Of a stretch of DNA of 64,000 bases, positions 19,311 to 28,413 are shown in pieces. Both the position numbers and the translations under genes were made by a program. Position 1 is the first letter of the stretch. Each line of letters opens with the position of its first letter. Source of the DNA: Chitinophagales bacterium (GTDB lineage Bacteria > Bacillota > Syntrophomonadia > Syntrophomonadales > DTU052); contig JBLMZW010000141.1 in NCBI GenBank assembly GCA_050259035.1, forward strand, positions 270 to 64,269, given 5' to 3'. The notes beneath the pieces were generated by a model, which ran no database searches, was not told where the DNA came from, and worked only from the letters and a program-made list of their open reading frames with translations.

Positions 19311-20726
19311 TTATACTACCTCAAAACTAGAATAAAGATCACGATAATTGCTTATAAACCGTTCGGCCGTATAAAAACGATTAACCCGTTCAAAACCGAT
19401 TTCGCCCATTTGTTTTCGGAGCTCCTTATCTCGGCCCAATTTGATTATGGCTTGCCCCATTATTTCATAATCCATAACCGGAACCACAATACCGCCGGGA
19501 TTTCCTCCGTCTCCTTCGATAAGTTCACGACAGCAGCCAACATCGGTACAAATACATGGTTTACGGGTGGCCATTGCCTCAAGCAGTGCAAGAGGCTGTC
19601 CTTCACTGATACTGGAAAGAATAATGAGATCCATCTTGCCAATGTAATCCCGGGCATTAATCCTACCGGTAAAGATAACATCCTTCAACTGAAGTCTTTC
19701 CACCAGTTGCAGGCATTCATTATAATAGTCCGGATCTTCGTCGGTAGAGCCCATAATAAACAACCTTAGACTCTTGATTTCCTTTTTAGCCAGGACGAAT
19801 GCGTGGATCATGGTTTTTACATCCTTTATCGGGACTATTCTGATTAAAGCCCCCAGATTAATATAATTATCGTCTTCTTCTTTGCCCGGCAGATTTTCAT
19901 ATAAGGAAACATCAATTCCATTCGGTATAACCGAAATCTTATCAACAGAACATCCCAATTCCTGTTGTATCTCCTGGTTACGATGAAAAAGGGCAATTAC
20001 CTTATCAGCTGAACTATAGGCGCTATTAGAAAGGTTATAAAAAAACCTGATATAAGTGTCTTTAAAATAACTTTTTAACCACATAGCTTTAATAATTTCT
20101 TCTTCTCGCTCCCGGCTATAGATTCCATGTTCGGTTACAATAAAAGGTTTACGGTAAGTGTATTTTGCTAAACCACCCATTACCCCGGCATAGCCGGTGG
20201 AAACGCTATGATATAGATCAGCCGGGGGAATTCCCTTGCTAATAATATGAAACAGGGGTAAAAGCATGGAACGAATTGTCCAAAAAAATTCAGTAAATGG
20301 AATATAGGCAAAATGCTCTTTACTAACTTTCTGAACCAAATCCAAAAAATCAAAGCTCATTAGAAAACTGGATATATTATTAAATTTTGAATCTGATAAG
20401 AATTCAAATATCGGTTCCCAAACAACTTTATCACCCAATATCAGGTGGATTATCTCATCGGTAACAACGCTCCCAATACGGTATCTTCTGCCCCATCTGT
20501 ATTTTTGAGTTTTATATTCATCGAAAAAGTTTTCTACCACAGCTGTGATATTGTCCGGTAAGTCATACTTGAACACGCCCCGATACTTCTCTTCTGCACC
20601 AATAGTGTATATAAGGAATTCATGTTGAGGCATCGATGATATAAGCATTTGGATCCAACTCGAAACTCCCCCCATTACATAGGGGTAGCTGCCTTCTGTG
20701 ATTAAACAAATCTTCATCGGTATCAC
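19311..20726 (-). CDS. pelF: GT4 glycosyltransferase PelF
   Basis: EGSYPYVMGGVSSW, HSVSTGYAG, TEHGIYSRER, RIVPIKD, SISEGQPL. Confidence 0.93.
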   Translation of the reverse strand: MIPMKICLITEGSYPYVMGGVSSWIQMLISSMPQHEFLIYTIGAEEKYRGVFKYDLPDNITAVVENFFDEYKTQKYRWGRRYRIGSVVTDEIIHLILGDKVVWEPIFEFLSDSKFNNISSFLMSFDFLDLVQKVSKEHFAYIPFTEFFWTIRSMLLPLFHIISKGIPPADLYHSVSTGYAGVMGGLAKYTYRKPFIVTEHGIYSREREEEIIKAMWLKSYFKDTYIRFFYNLSNSAYSSADKVIALFHRNQEIQQELGCSVDKISVIPNGIDVSLYENLPGKEEDDNYINLGALIRIVPIKDVKTMIHAFVLAKKEIKSLRLFIMGSTDEDPDYYNECLQLVERLQLKDVIFTGRINARDYIGKMDLIILSSISEGQPLALLEAMATRKPCICTDVGCCRELIEGDGGNPGGIVVPVMDYEIMGQAIIKLGRDKELRKQMGEIGFERVNRFYTAERFISNYRDLYSSFEVV

Positions 20727-22546
20727 CTCTTATAGACCAACTGAAAAGCCGGTTGTCTAGCCTGAATTAAAAAAACACCATCGTCTATTTTAGAGACATC
20801 GCAACCCTTCCCGATAAGCTTGTTCCGGGTACGAAGAATAAAATAGACATCGTCTTCGTAATTATTAATCCAAACCTCAATTCCCTTATCAGAGTGTCGT
20901 ATATAGCATTGTTCCGAACCGAATTGTTTAATTTCGAGAGCTGCCTGGGAAGCCGTCATACTGCGTAACCAGCCGAACCTGGAGTGAATTAGCTTGAGAA
21001 AAGAATCAAATTCATTGTATAGTTCTTTCCAAACCCTGCCGTGATTTCGACTGGCGTCCAAAACATCATCCGGGTGAACAAAATGGGAGAAAACCCCTAG
21101 TTCTGTAATACCGTTATATGCATTCCAAAGGTTGTCACCATCATGGTTGTAGCCGGATGTAATACGAGGTAAATAAACAATATTATCGGGCCTGGCCTCG
21201 AATTCCTGAAGAAAATAGCCGGTTTCCTTCGAATCATCGGGATAAAGACCGGAGATAATTAATATACCAGGTATGGCCTCGCGTAAAGCCTTTTCCCCCT
21301 CTGGACTTAATATATTGGACGGGGGTACGTAAAGCCTAAGTGCATAATTGGGAAACAGTATTTTTAGATATGATTTAACCTCTTGTATTGATTGAATCAT
21401 ATCCGATTTGTTTTTCCAGGGTTTATAACCCAGATCCTCGTTAACATAACCAAAACCCGCCAGAGGTTGGTGATTGTAACCGTGAATGCCTAATTCTCCT
21501 TCGTTTTTTAATATTTCTCGTCCAAAACTAACCATATTTTTCTCTGTTGCATCCGAGGGGGCTGTAAAAGGCGAACTGGTTTTCTCATCATAATTAAGAA
21601 CTAAGGCCGCATTGTATTTAAGATCATAACGACTGCCCAGGGACAACATGTCCTTCCACCATATATCTCTATAGAAGGTCGGAACATCTCGGCCATACTC
21701 TTCATAAATTACAGGATCTGTTGTCTCGGGAAGGGGGGCGGGGAAATCATCAATGAAGGCAAGTTTTAAATTCAAAACCGGGTAAATAAAATCCTGGTTA
21801 ATGAAGCTTATTCCTCCAATGATCAGTCCCCGGGTATCTTTCTTATCCAACATGGTTCCATTAAAAATCAAGAACTGGCCTTTACCATAAGGGTTGCTCC
21901 AGAAAAGGGGAATCCTCTCTGAAGACAACGCATATACTAAACAGGATTTTTCTAAACCCACGACCATGGAGTAGTTATCCAGTCGGTTCCCTTTAATATT
22001 CAAATTCGTCCCTCGAATTAATACATTATTACACAGACGAATCCCCGTAGCTTCTTTGTACGGTCCTAACTCATAAATCCCCAGCTTGCGGTAGAGTCCT
22101 AAAAACGATCCATTAATGTTAGGACAACCAGTAAAAAAAGCATTTCCTCCTTGTTTGACGTAATCAATTATTTGGTTAAGGTTTTTTACCTTATCCAAAT
22201 CACGCACAGTAATAATTACGGTACCATATTTGCTCAAGCGGTTATTTGAGACACCGGTTTCGACAACGTCACAATGCTTTTTTAGTCGTTTAAACATTAT
22301 TTGGAGGTTACCGCTTGTATTTTTGCTGAGTTCTTCAGTTTGACTGTAAATAATAAGGAAGTTATCTTGTTTTTCTGTTTCAATAATCTCAGGGGGGATG
22401 AATACCTGTTTATCTATCGAACGTGGCGATAAACTATTGGTAGCCTGACTCAAGCTAAAAATTACATCGGTCCTCGATAACTGGATCATAACTCCCAGAA
22501 AAAAAACTAAAACCAGAATCAATTTAAGCTGGTTGCGACTTTCCAA
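20723..22546 (-). CDS. DUF2194 protein, PelA deacetylase-like
   Basis: FIDDFPAP, HGYNHQPL, YVPPSN, PRITSG and HFVHPDD CE4-like motifs; N-terminal anchor; position in the pel operon. Confidence 0.8.
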   Translation of the reverse strand: MESRNQLKLILVLVFFLGVMIQLSRTDVIFSLSQATNSLSPRSIDKQVFIPPEIIETEKQDNFLIIYSQTEELSKNTSGNLQIMFKRLKKHCDVVETGVSNNRLSKYGTVIITVRDLDKVKNLNQIIDYVKQGGNAFFTGCPNINGSFLGLYRKLGIYELGPYKEATGIRLCNNVLIRGTNLNIKGNRLDNYSMVVGLEKSCLVYALSSERIPLFWSNPYGKGQFLIFNGTMLDKKDTRGLIIGGISFINQDFIYPVLNLKLAFIDDFPAPLPETTDPVIYEEYGRDVPTFYRDIWWKDMLSLGSRYDLKYNAALVLNYDEKTSSPFTAPSDATEKNMVSFGREILKNEGELGIHGYNHQPLAGFGYVNEDLGYKPWKNKSDMIQSIQEVKSYLKILFPNYALRLYVPPSNILSPEGEKALREAIPGILIISGLYPDDSKETGYFLQEFEARPDNIVYLPRITSGYNHDGDNLWNAYNGITELGVFSHFVHPDDVLDASRNHGRVWKELYNEFDSFLKLIHSRFGWLRSMTASQAALEIKQFGSEQCYIRHSDKGIEVWINNYEDDVYFILRTRNKLIGKGCDVSKIDDGVFLIQARQPAFQLVYKR

Positions 22547-23459
22547 TGCTTATATCCCTTTCTCCTATCCAAAATCTTAGGATACTTAAACCCGTATAAG
22601 TCAGTGATATCGGCGCAATTCTTAACTTCTCCATCCAAATCCGGAAGTTAGGTTCATCATGGAGCATATAGTAAGTTTTCATGTATAACAGGTAAGGTTT
22701 CTCATTATTGTGACCATGCTTATTCATAAAATGATCGCATCCAATCAAAGCCTTATCATACTCTTTTAGCTCCAAAGTACATTCAATTTTATCTATAAAG
22801 TATTGGGATTCTTCTGGGGCAAGTCGGATTAAATTATCCAGAACCTGCAGCCTTAGATATTGATACTCTCTTACAGTGCGAGAATCCATCATGCCACTGC
22901 TTATATACTTTGCCAGAGCATCAGCATAAGCTATTGAGCTTTCTAGATCATCTGGATTTTTGTCGTATTTCACTGCTAAATCCTGCAGGGCCAGCGTAAG
23001 TTGACGAAGCAATTCAAACATGGCTGAAGCGGCATAGTGGGAGGTTTCAGTATCTTTATCCCGAAGTGCTTTCTGCAAAAAGGTACTTTGGGATAGGATG
23101 TCATTCCGCAGGGCATCGATCAATAAAGATCTTTTGGTCTTGCTATCATTTAGGACCAGGGCTTCCTGGATGGGAACAACATTCATTTCACGCTGGTAGT
23201 TTATTATCTTTAAGATGTCCTCTGGAGAATCGGCAGTTATGTAATCTAAATCAACAGTCTGCACGGAATCAGTTGTACTTTGTCGAGTATGGTTTAAAAA
23301 GAATATCAGTATAGTACCGAGCACAGGGAAAAGGCTTAAGATTAACAGTCGGTAAATACCCTGCCACCGGTCTAGTTTAAATACATATAAAGAATAGGCC
23401 AGTACCACGACATAGTAGAGAATTATCCAGTCTTTAAGCTGCATAAAAATCGGCCTCAT
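22524..23459 (-). CDS. PelE-like membrane/TPR-like protein
   Basis: Two N-terminal TMs, VVPIQEAL, D.ETSHYAAS, helical repeats; lies between pelD-like and DUF2194 genes. Confidence 0.65.
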   Translation of the reverse strand: MRPIFMQLKDWIILYYVVVLAYSLYVFKLDRWQGIYRLLILSLFPVLGTILIFFLNHTRQSTTDSVQTVDLDYITADSPEDILKIINYQREMNVVPIQEALVLNDSKTKRSLLIDALRNDILSQSTFLQKALRDKDTETSHYAASAMFELLRQLTLALQDLAVKYDKNPDDLESSIAYADALAKYISSGMMDSRTVREYQYLRLQVLDNLIRLAPEESQYFIDKIECTLELKEYDKALIGCDHFMNKHGHNNEKPYLLYMKTYYMLHDEPNFRIWMEKLRIAPISLTYTGLSILRFWIGERDISIGKSQPA

Positions 23460-25623
23460 TCACTAAATAGAAATCTATTCCGACGTTTTTTAAACGGTCA
23501 ATTACTGCCAGTGCGGCTGGGCCTTCAGTTTCTGAGAGTACAATATAAATGTTTCCGTCTGAGGCTAAACCGGCATGGTCATTGTCACGCAGGTTCTTCT
23601 CAATTATTGATGAAAGCTGTTTTAGATCATGTTCCACGGTTCTAGAGCGCAGTAACTTGAATTCTATCCCAAAGCGTTTCCGCGCATCCTGTTTAACCCT
23701 GATCAGGTTCATAAGGTAATCTTCCTTAAGCAGGTTAGTGCCAGGTACCAGCTTTTGCTGTGCCAGTGCTTCTTCGTAACGGCTAGCCCGGGCTATCGAA
23801 GCGGAAATCAGCTTAATCACAGTACAAAACAAGTTAATATGATAAAGAGTTAAGTTTTGAAAAGGAAGGTCATAAAGCATTACCAGTGCCACTACTTGCC
23901 CGGAGTCCAAAATCGGTCCGGTTATAATAGGAATGTCGGGATCAAATTGGTCATTAACACTTACTGATTTTTGGGCAATAACTTTTTGAAAATAAGCGTG
24001 GTTGTCTAACTTAATCGACTTGGGCATTTCAAAACCCGTTTTATTGGATTTAGCTTTTAGTCTTAGGTGGCAACCGGAAGTGCCAAGAGTATAAAGAACT
24101 ACCCCATCGGTTTTCATAACGGTTTCAATAACAGATATGGCCGAATAGAAAACGTTGTCTGAGTCGACATTGTCTAATTGGCTGGTCAGATTATATATCT
24201 TCCCGAAACTATCTTCGGAATTAGCGATTTGTGACTGCAACTCATCTTTTATCACCATGGTTTGTTTATGTATCTCGTTCAGGAATTTATATCTGTCTTT
24301 AAGCAAGTTGAACCTGTTTGCTGCTTCCATTATGGTTTGGTTTTTTCTATCAACGAAGTATCCGATCAGCAGACCTATCAGAATAAAGAAAGCTAATTGC
24401 AGGACACTGCCGGTATTATAAAGCAGCGAAATTATATCGCGGCCATGCATCATCGAAGCGAAAATATAATAAGCACAAGAAACCAGGACTGAAATTATTA
24501 ACTGCCTCGACCCATGCACTATTCCAATGATTACAATGTAATAAATCAAATAAGAAGCGGCAGTCTCATCAAGAGTGCCTTTAGAAACATACGAGAGTCC
24601 CAAAAATCCGGCTAATAAGAGCATATTCTCTACATAAGGCAAGATAACACTATTAGCCATTCTGCTAACAAACTTTGTTTTTTTAACAGCTTTTTCATTA
24701 CTAATTCGTTCTCGATTGGTAAAACGCCAATCAAAAGTTTGTCTTAAACCTTCCTCTAGCGAATACATAGGAACCCAATCAAGGGTCTTCTTAATTCCAG
24801 TATTATCGAGCCACCAGGTTGTGAATTGGTCGGGCAGCTTATTCTGATTATCAACCTCTATCAAAGGGTCCAAATCCCGCATTAAACTAATCAATTCTTC
24901 CGGGCCAACCGGTAGGTTGTTGGAAAGGTTATAGATACCACGAATGTCACTGAAGGCCGCACGGTATAAAGCATCGACCACATCGTTTATATATATAAAA
25001 TCCATGCTAGAATGTAAATCAGGAATAACCAATTTATGATCATCCAACATATGATCCAAAATGATATCAAAAAAACCTCTAGTGTTCCGCGAATAATTTC
25101 CCGGGCCAAAGACTTCTGATATACGAAGACAAACTGTCTCCAATCGATAAAACTCATGCCACTTCTGGCAATATAATTCACCAACCAATTTGTTTATCCC
25201 GTCCAAGGAATTTGGGTTGCAGTCCGAATCCTCCTTAAAGGGAACCTGGGCTCCGTCGCCATAAACCGCAGCAGAAGACGCAAAAACAAATTTCTTTACT
25301 TTAAAATTAACCGACAATTGTAAAAGATTGATCAGACCACACAGGCTTGACAGGGTTGATTGGAGTGGCTGGACACAATTCTTATTTTTCTCACAAGCAA
25401 GGTGAATGACAACATCAAATGAATGGTTTTTAAAGATATCTTCGCACCTGGAATCCTCAGCATCAATAATGAATGAAAGATGCTTAAAGGAAACACTATT
25501 TTGACTGCCATTCGATAGATTATCAATTATAGCGACGGAATGGCCTTCCTTATTCATTTTGGCAGCCAGCTTAGAACCTATGTATCCGTAACCACCAATA
25601 ATTAGTACTTTCAATGCGACCAC
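23434..25623 (-). CDS. Fusion of an extended-SDR (PelX-like epimerase) domain with PelD-like TM-GAF-degenerate GGDEF c-di-GMP receptor
   Basis: GGYGYIG, IIDNLSNG and ASSAAVYG; ~4 TMs; coiled coil; GAF-like region; RDND (RxxD) followed by no GGDEF. Confidence 0.8.
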   Translation of the reverse strand: MVALKVLIIGGYGYIGSKLAAKMNKEGHSVAIIDNLSNGSQNSVSFKHLSFIIDAEDSRCEDIFKNHSFDVVIHLACEKNKNCVQPLQSTLSSLCGLINLLQLSVNFKVKKFVFASSAAVYGDGAQVPFKEDSDCNPNSLDGINKLVGELYCQKWHEFYRLETVCLRISEVFGPGNYSRNTRGFFDIILDHMLDDHKLVIPDLHSSMDFIYINDVVDALYRAAFSDIRGIYNLSNNLPVGPEELISLMRDLDPLIEVDNQNKLPDQFTTWWLDNTGIKKTLDWVPMYSLEEGLRQTFDWRFTNRERISNEKAVKKTKFVSRMANSVILPYVENMLLLAGFLGLSYVSKGTLDETAASYLIYYIVIIGIVHGSRQLIISVLVSCAYYIFASMMHGRDIISLLYNTGSVLQLAFFILIGLLIGYFVDRKNQTIMEAANRFNLLKDRYKFLNEIHKQTMVIKDELQSQIANSEDSFGKIYNLTSQLDNVDSDNVFYSAISVIETVMKTDGVVLYTLGTSGCHLRLKAKSNKTGFEMPKSIKLDNHAYFQKVIAQKSVSVNDQFDPDIPIITGPILDSGQVVALVMLYDLPFQNLTLYHINLFCTVIKLISASIARASRYEEALAQQKLVPGTNLLKEDYLMNLIRVKQDARKRFGIEFKLLRSRTVEHDLKQLSSIIEKNLRDNDHAGLASDGNIYIVLSETEGPAALAVIDRLKNVGIDFYLVNEADFYAA

Positions 25624-25779
25624 CTTAATGGTAAGTTATACATTCGCTGCTATTTAATATTTAATATAGAATATAATATTTTACAAAAAAATAACACGAA
25701 TAATGTCGGAAATTATAACGATAATTATTAAAGATGGAGATAAGAAGCAAAAATGATGGGCTATGGCTGAGTAATTTGT

Positions 25780-27249
25780 TCATGGTAATACTGTTTGAGG
25801 TGATCCAACAGATATAGTGCCGACCGAATACCTGCCATCGGATTGCCGTCCTTCAACAGCAAAAACCACTCCGGGCTTACCATCAGCAGGATCAAGTATG
25901 GCAAAACAGAGGTTATAAGTTCCTGTCGGTAAATTAGTCGGTAGTTTGAAGGAACTATAGAGGTTATTAGCTCCTGGCAGCCATTTACGGGTATCATCTT
26001 TGGTTATATATCTAAAGACAACCTTACCATCACTGTCACACAGGGAAATCTCGACCGGCCACAAGTAGTAAAAGGGGGCAACCCCAGTGTTGTCCACGAC
26101 CCAATTAACTTCCATGTCTTTACCGGGGCAGGGAGATGACGTGCACTTCACCGATTTGATGACATAACGATACCCCATCAATTTAAGCAAAGAGTCGCGG
26201 TTCTTAATCACATCCGGATCACTGATATCATATACTGGACAACTGGGTCCTAGCCAGCTGGTGTGGCTCTGTTTCAGCTGCATCATTGTACGGGAGAGGT
26301 TTACATTACTTAGAAATGATGTGCCCGGGGGTAACGTGAATTCCCCTCCAGACGGGGCATACTTCCAGAATTCGGGCATGGCTGGTTGCTTAGTCCCCGT
26401 TAGATAATCCAAATAACCTTTTTGATACCACTTTATAAAATAGTCTTCAGTCTGCAGAACGTTGCCAAAGGAATCATTATATAAACCTAACCTATGGTCA
26501 CGGGCAATCGTAATCGGACGCCGAATCAATAACTGCTTTTGAGTAAAGTACTTCAAGTAATGTTCAACATACTGATTATAAATTTTCTCAGGGGGAAACG
26601 GCACTTTGTACTCTTCCTCCACCTGGGTATGCCATTCACCCCAGTGACCGATGCTTCCTAATTCCACGAATGCCAATTGATCATTGCTGTTGTAACGTTC
26701 GGCGACCGCTTCGATTAACTTTTCGTGGTAGGTAACTATTTTAGGGTTGCTGTAATTCGGGCTAAATCCTTTGCCGTGCTCACCTCGATACCAGATTCCG
26801 TCTTTGTTAGTTTCCTGGTAAAGCCAATTGGGGATATCAGTATGATAATCTTCATCGGGTTCGTCCAGGTATATACGAAGTATAATTTTGACCTTACGTT
26901 CCCGCCAGTAACTGTAATGGTTCTTTTCCTCCAGCCCTTCGAAATCATATACTCCTTTTCCCGGCTCCAGTTCTTTCCATGAAGCCCCCACGTAGACCAG
27001 GGAATGGGGGAAGGTAATATCAGTTTCACCAGCCGGCGGGGCAAAACCAATAAAAGGATTGGATACGACATCATTAACTCCCTGTGGGTAAAACATCTTG
27101 TACTGATTGGCTTGAGTTAAGGATTTTACCACAGAAACTGCCGCTAAGTTGAAGAAACATATGACGGTAATTAAGGCGAGAATGAGCACAAATCTTGACT
27201 TCTTCACTTCGGGACTTAACCTTCCTTTATCATATAAGGGTAATCTCAC
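25780..27249 (-). CDS. DUF4832-domain putative glycoside hydrolase, exported
   Basis: NPFIGF, WKELEP..GVYDF, GSIGHWGEWH, GLYNDSFG, PSGGE, MGYRY, NTGVAPFY; N-terminal TM. Confidence 0.75.
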   Translation of the reverse strand: MRLPLYDKGRLSPEVKKSRFVLILALITVICFFNLAAVSVVKSLTQANQYKMFYPQGVNDVVSNPFIGFAPPAGETDITFPHSLVYVGASWKELEPGKGVYDFEGLEEKNHYSYWRERKVKIILRIYLDEPDEDYHTDIPNWLYQETNKDGIWYRGEHGKGFSPNYSNPKIVTYHEKLIEAVAERYNSNDQLAFVELGSIGHWGEWHTQVEEEYKVPFPPEKIYNQYVEHYLKYFTQKQLLIRRPITIARDHRLGLYNDSFGNVLQTEDYFIKWYQKGYLDYLTGTKQPAMPEFWKYAPSGGEFTLPPGTSFLSNVNLSRTMMQLKQSHTSWLGPSCPVYDISDPDVIKNRDSLLKLMGYRYVIKSVKCTSSPCPGKDMEVNWVVDNTGVAPFYYLWPVEISLCDSDGKVVFRYITKDDTRKWLPGANNLYSSFKLPTNLPTGTYNLCFAILDPADGKPGVVFAVEGRQSDGRYSVGTISVGSPQTVLP

Positions 27250-27401
27250 CTATAAATAAAAACATGAATAGAAGTCGGAAATGAACTATCTAATCACCCG
27301 AGAACGATTGGAAAACATAATCCCAACAATAGATATTATTTTCGCTATGAGGCTTTCAACGACCTTCTAAAAAACAATTAGTTTCACACGAAAAACTGTC
27401 T

Positions 27402-28250
27402 TTATACCGTTGAATATACAATGCCTATAGCTCCAGGTCCGACATGTAACCCAATTACCGGACCAATGGGCACTACCGGCACTTCGAAACCATACTTTTC
27501 CTTTAATCGTTCCGCCAGCTCCATGCCCCTTGCATGGCATTGAATATGGTGAACTACCACATGATTTAGCCCGCAATTAATAAAATCCTTATCAACTCTT
27601 GCCAGCATATCTTCCAATGCCGTGCGATATCCTCGAGCCTTTTTAAGTACAGCTGTTTTGCCCTTTTCCACAAAGAGAATCGGAGTTATTTTGAGGATTG
27701 AACCTAGCAATGCTGCCGCTCCTCCAATTCTTCCGCCCTTACGTAAGTATTCTAGTCCAGCCGGAATGAAACAAAAGTTTACCCGCTGGATAATGTGTTT
27801 GGCTTTCTCGGCTACGTTTTCCAGTGAGTGTCCGGCTTTAGCAATTCGGGCGGCTTCTATTACCGGCAGACCTAGAGCCATACAGTTGGTACGCGAGTCG
27901 ATGATCTCAATTGCGGCATGCGGATACTTTTCTAAAATGATCTGTTTGGCGGTAAGCGCCGAATGGTAGGTGCCGCTCATTTCGGAGGAAATAAAGACCG
28001 CCACAACGTCATCACCTTTTGCAACTATGTTTTCAAAGGCTGTGGTTATGTCTCCCAAAGATGGCTGAGATGATACCGGTATTACGTTATCCTTTTTAAT
28101 CTTGGCATAGAAATAATTAAAATCAACTTCTGTTTCCTTGAATGATTCATCAGGAAATTGAACGCTCAAGGGAATCACAGTTATATCCAGGTCCCTCGCT
28201 AATTCCGGTAAAATATACGAAGTGCTGTCGGTTAATACCTTAACACCCAA
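27402..28250 (-). CDS. DegV family fatty-acid-binding protein
   Basis: TDSTS, SSQPS, SSEMSGTY, LRKGGRIG, HVGPG; AAGGAGG RBS with TTG. Confidence 0.92.
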   Translation of the reverse strand: MGVKVLTDSTSYILPELARDLDITVIPLSVQFPDESFKETEVDFNYFYAKIKKDNVIPVSSQPSLGDITTAFENIVAKGDDVVAVFISSEMSGTYHSALTAKQIILEKYPHAAIEIIDSRTNCMALGLPVIEAARIAKAGHSLENVAEKAKHIIQRVNFCFIPAGLEYLRKGGRIGGAAALLGSILKITPILFVEKGKTAVLKKARGYRTALEDMLARVDKDFINCGLNHVVVHHIQCHARGMELAERLKEKYGFEVPVVPIGPVIGLHVGPGAIGIVYSTV

Positions 28251-28345
28251 AGGTAAAATCCTCCTTGATTTTCTTTAGACCAGTACCTTAAACAGTTTAA
28301 CACGGCGAATAAGAAGGTCACAATCAAAGCCCATCAAAGGCGGCA

Positions 28346-28391
28346 CAAAAAATAACGCGCGCACGAGATGTTTCCATCTAGCGTACGCGCG
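28346..28391 (-). terminator. Intrinsic terminator after the two-component operon
   Basis: GC-rich hairpin GCGCGTACG...CGTGCGCGC followed by TTATTTTTTG on the minus strand. Confidence 0.6.
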
Positions 28392-28413
28392 GTAAAGATA
28401 TAATTTAGATAGA

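Noticed and set aside
25624-25779. c-di-GMP riboswitch upstream of the pel operon
   Set aside because: The region is very AT-rich, with no GEMM-type GGCAAA/GAAA-tetraloop stems visible.
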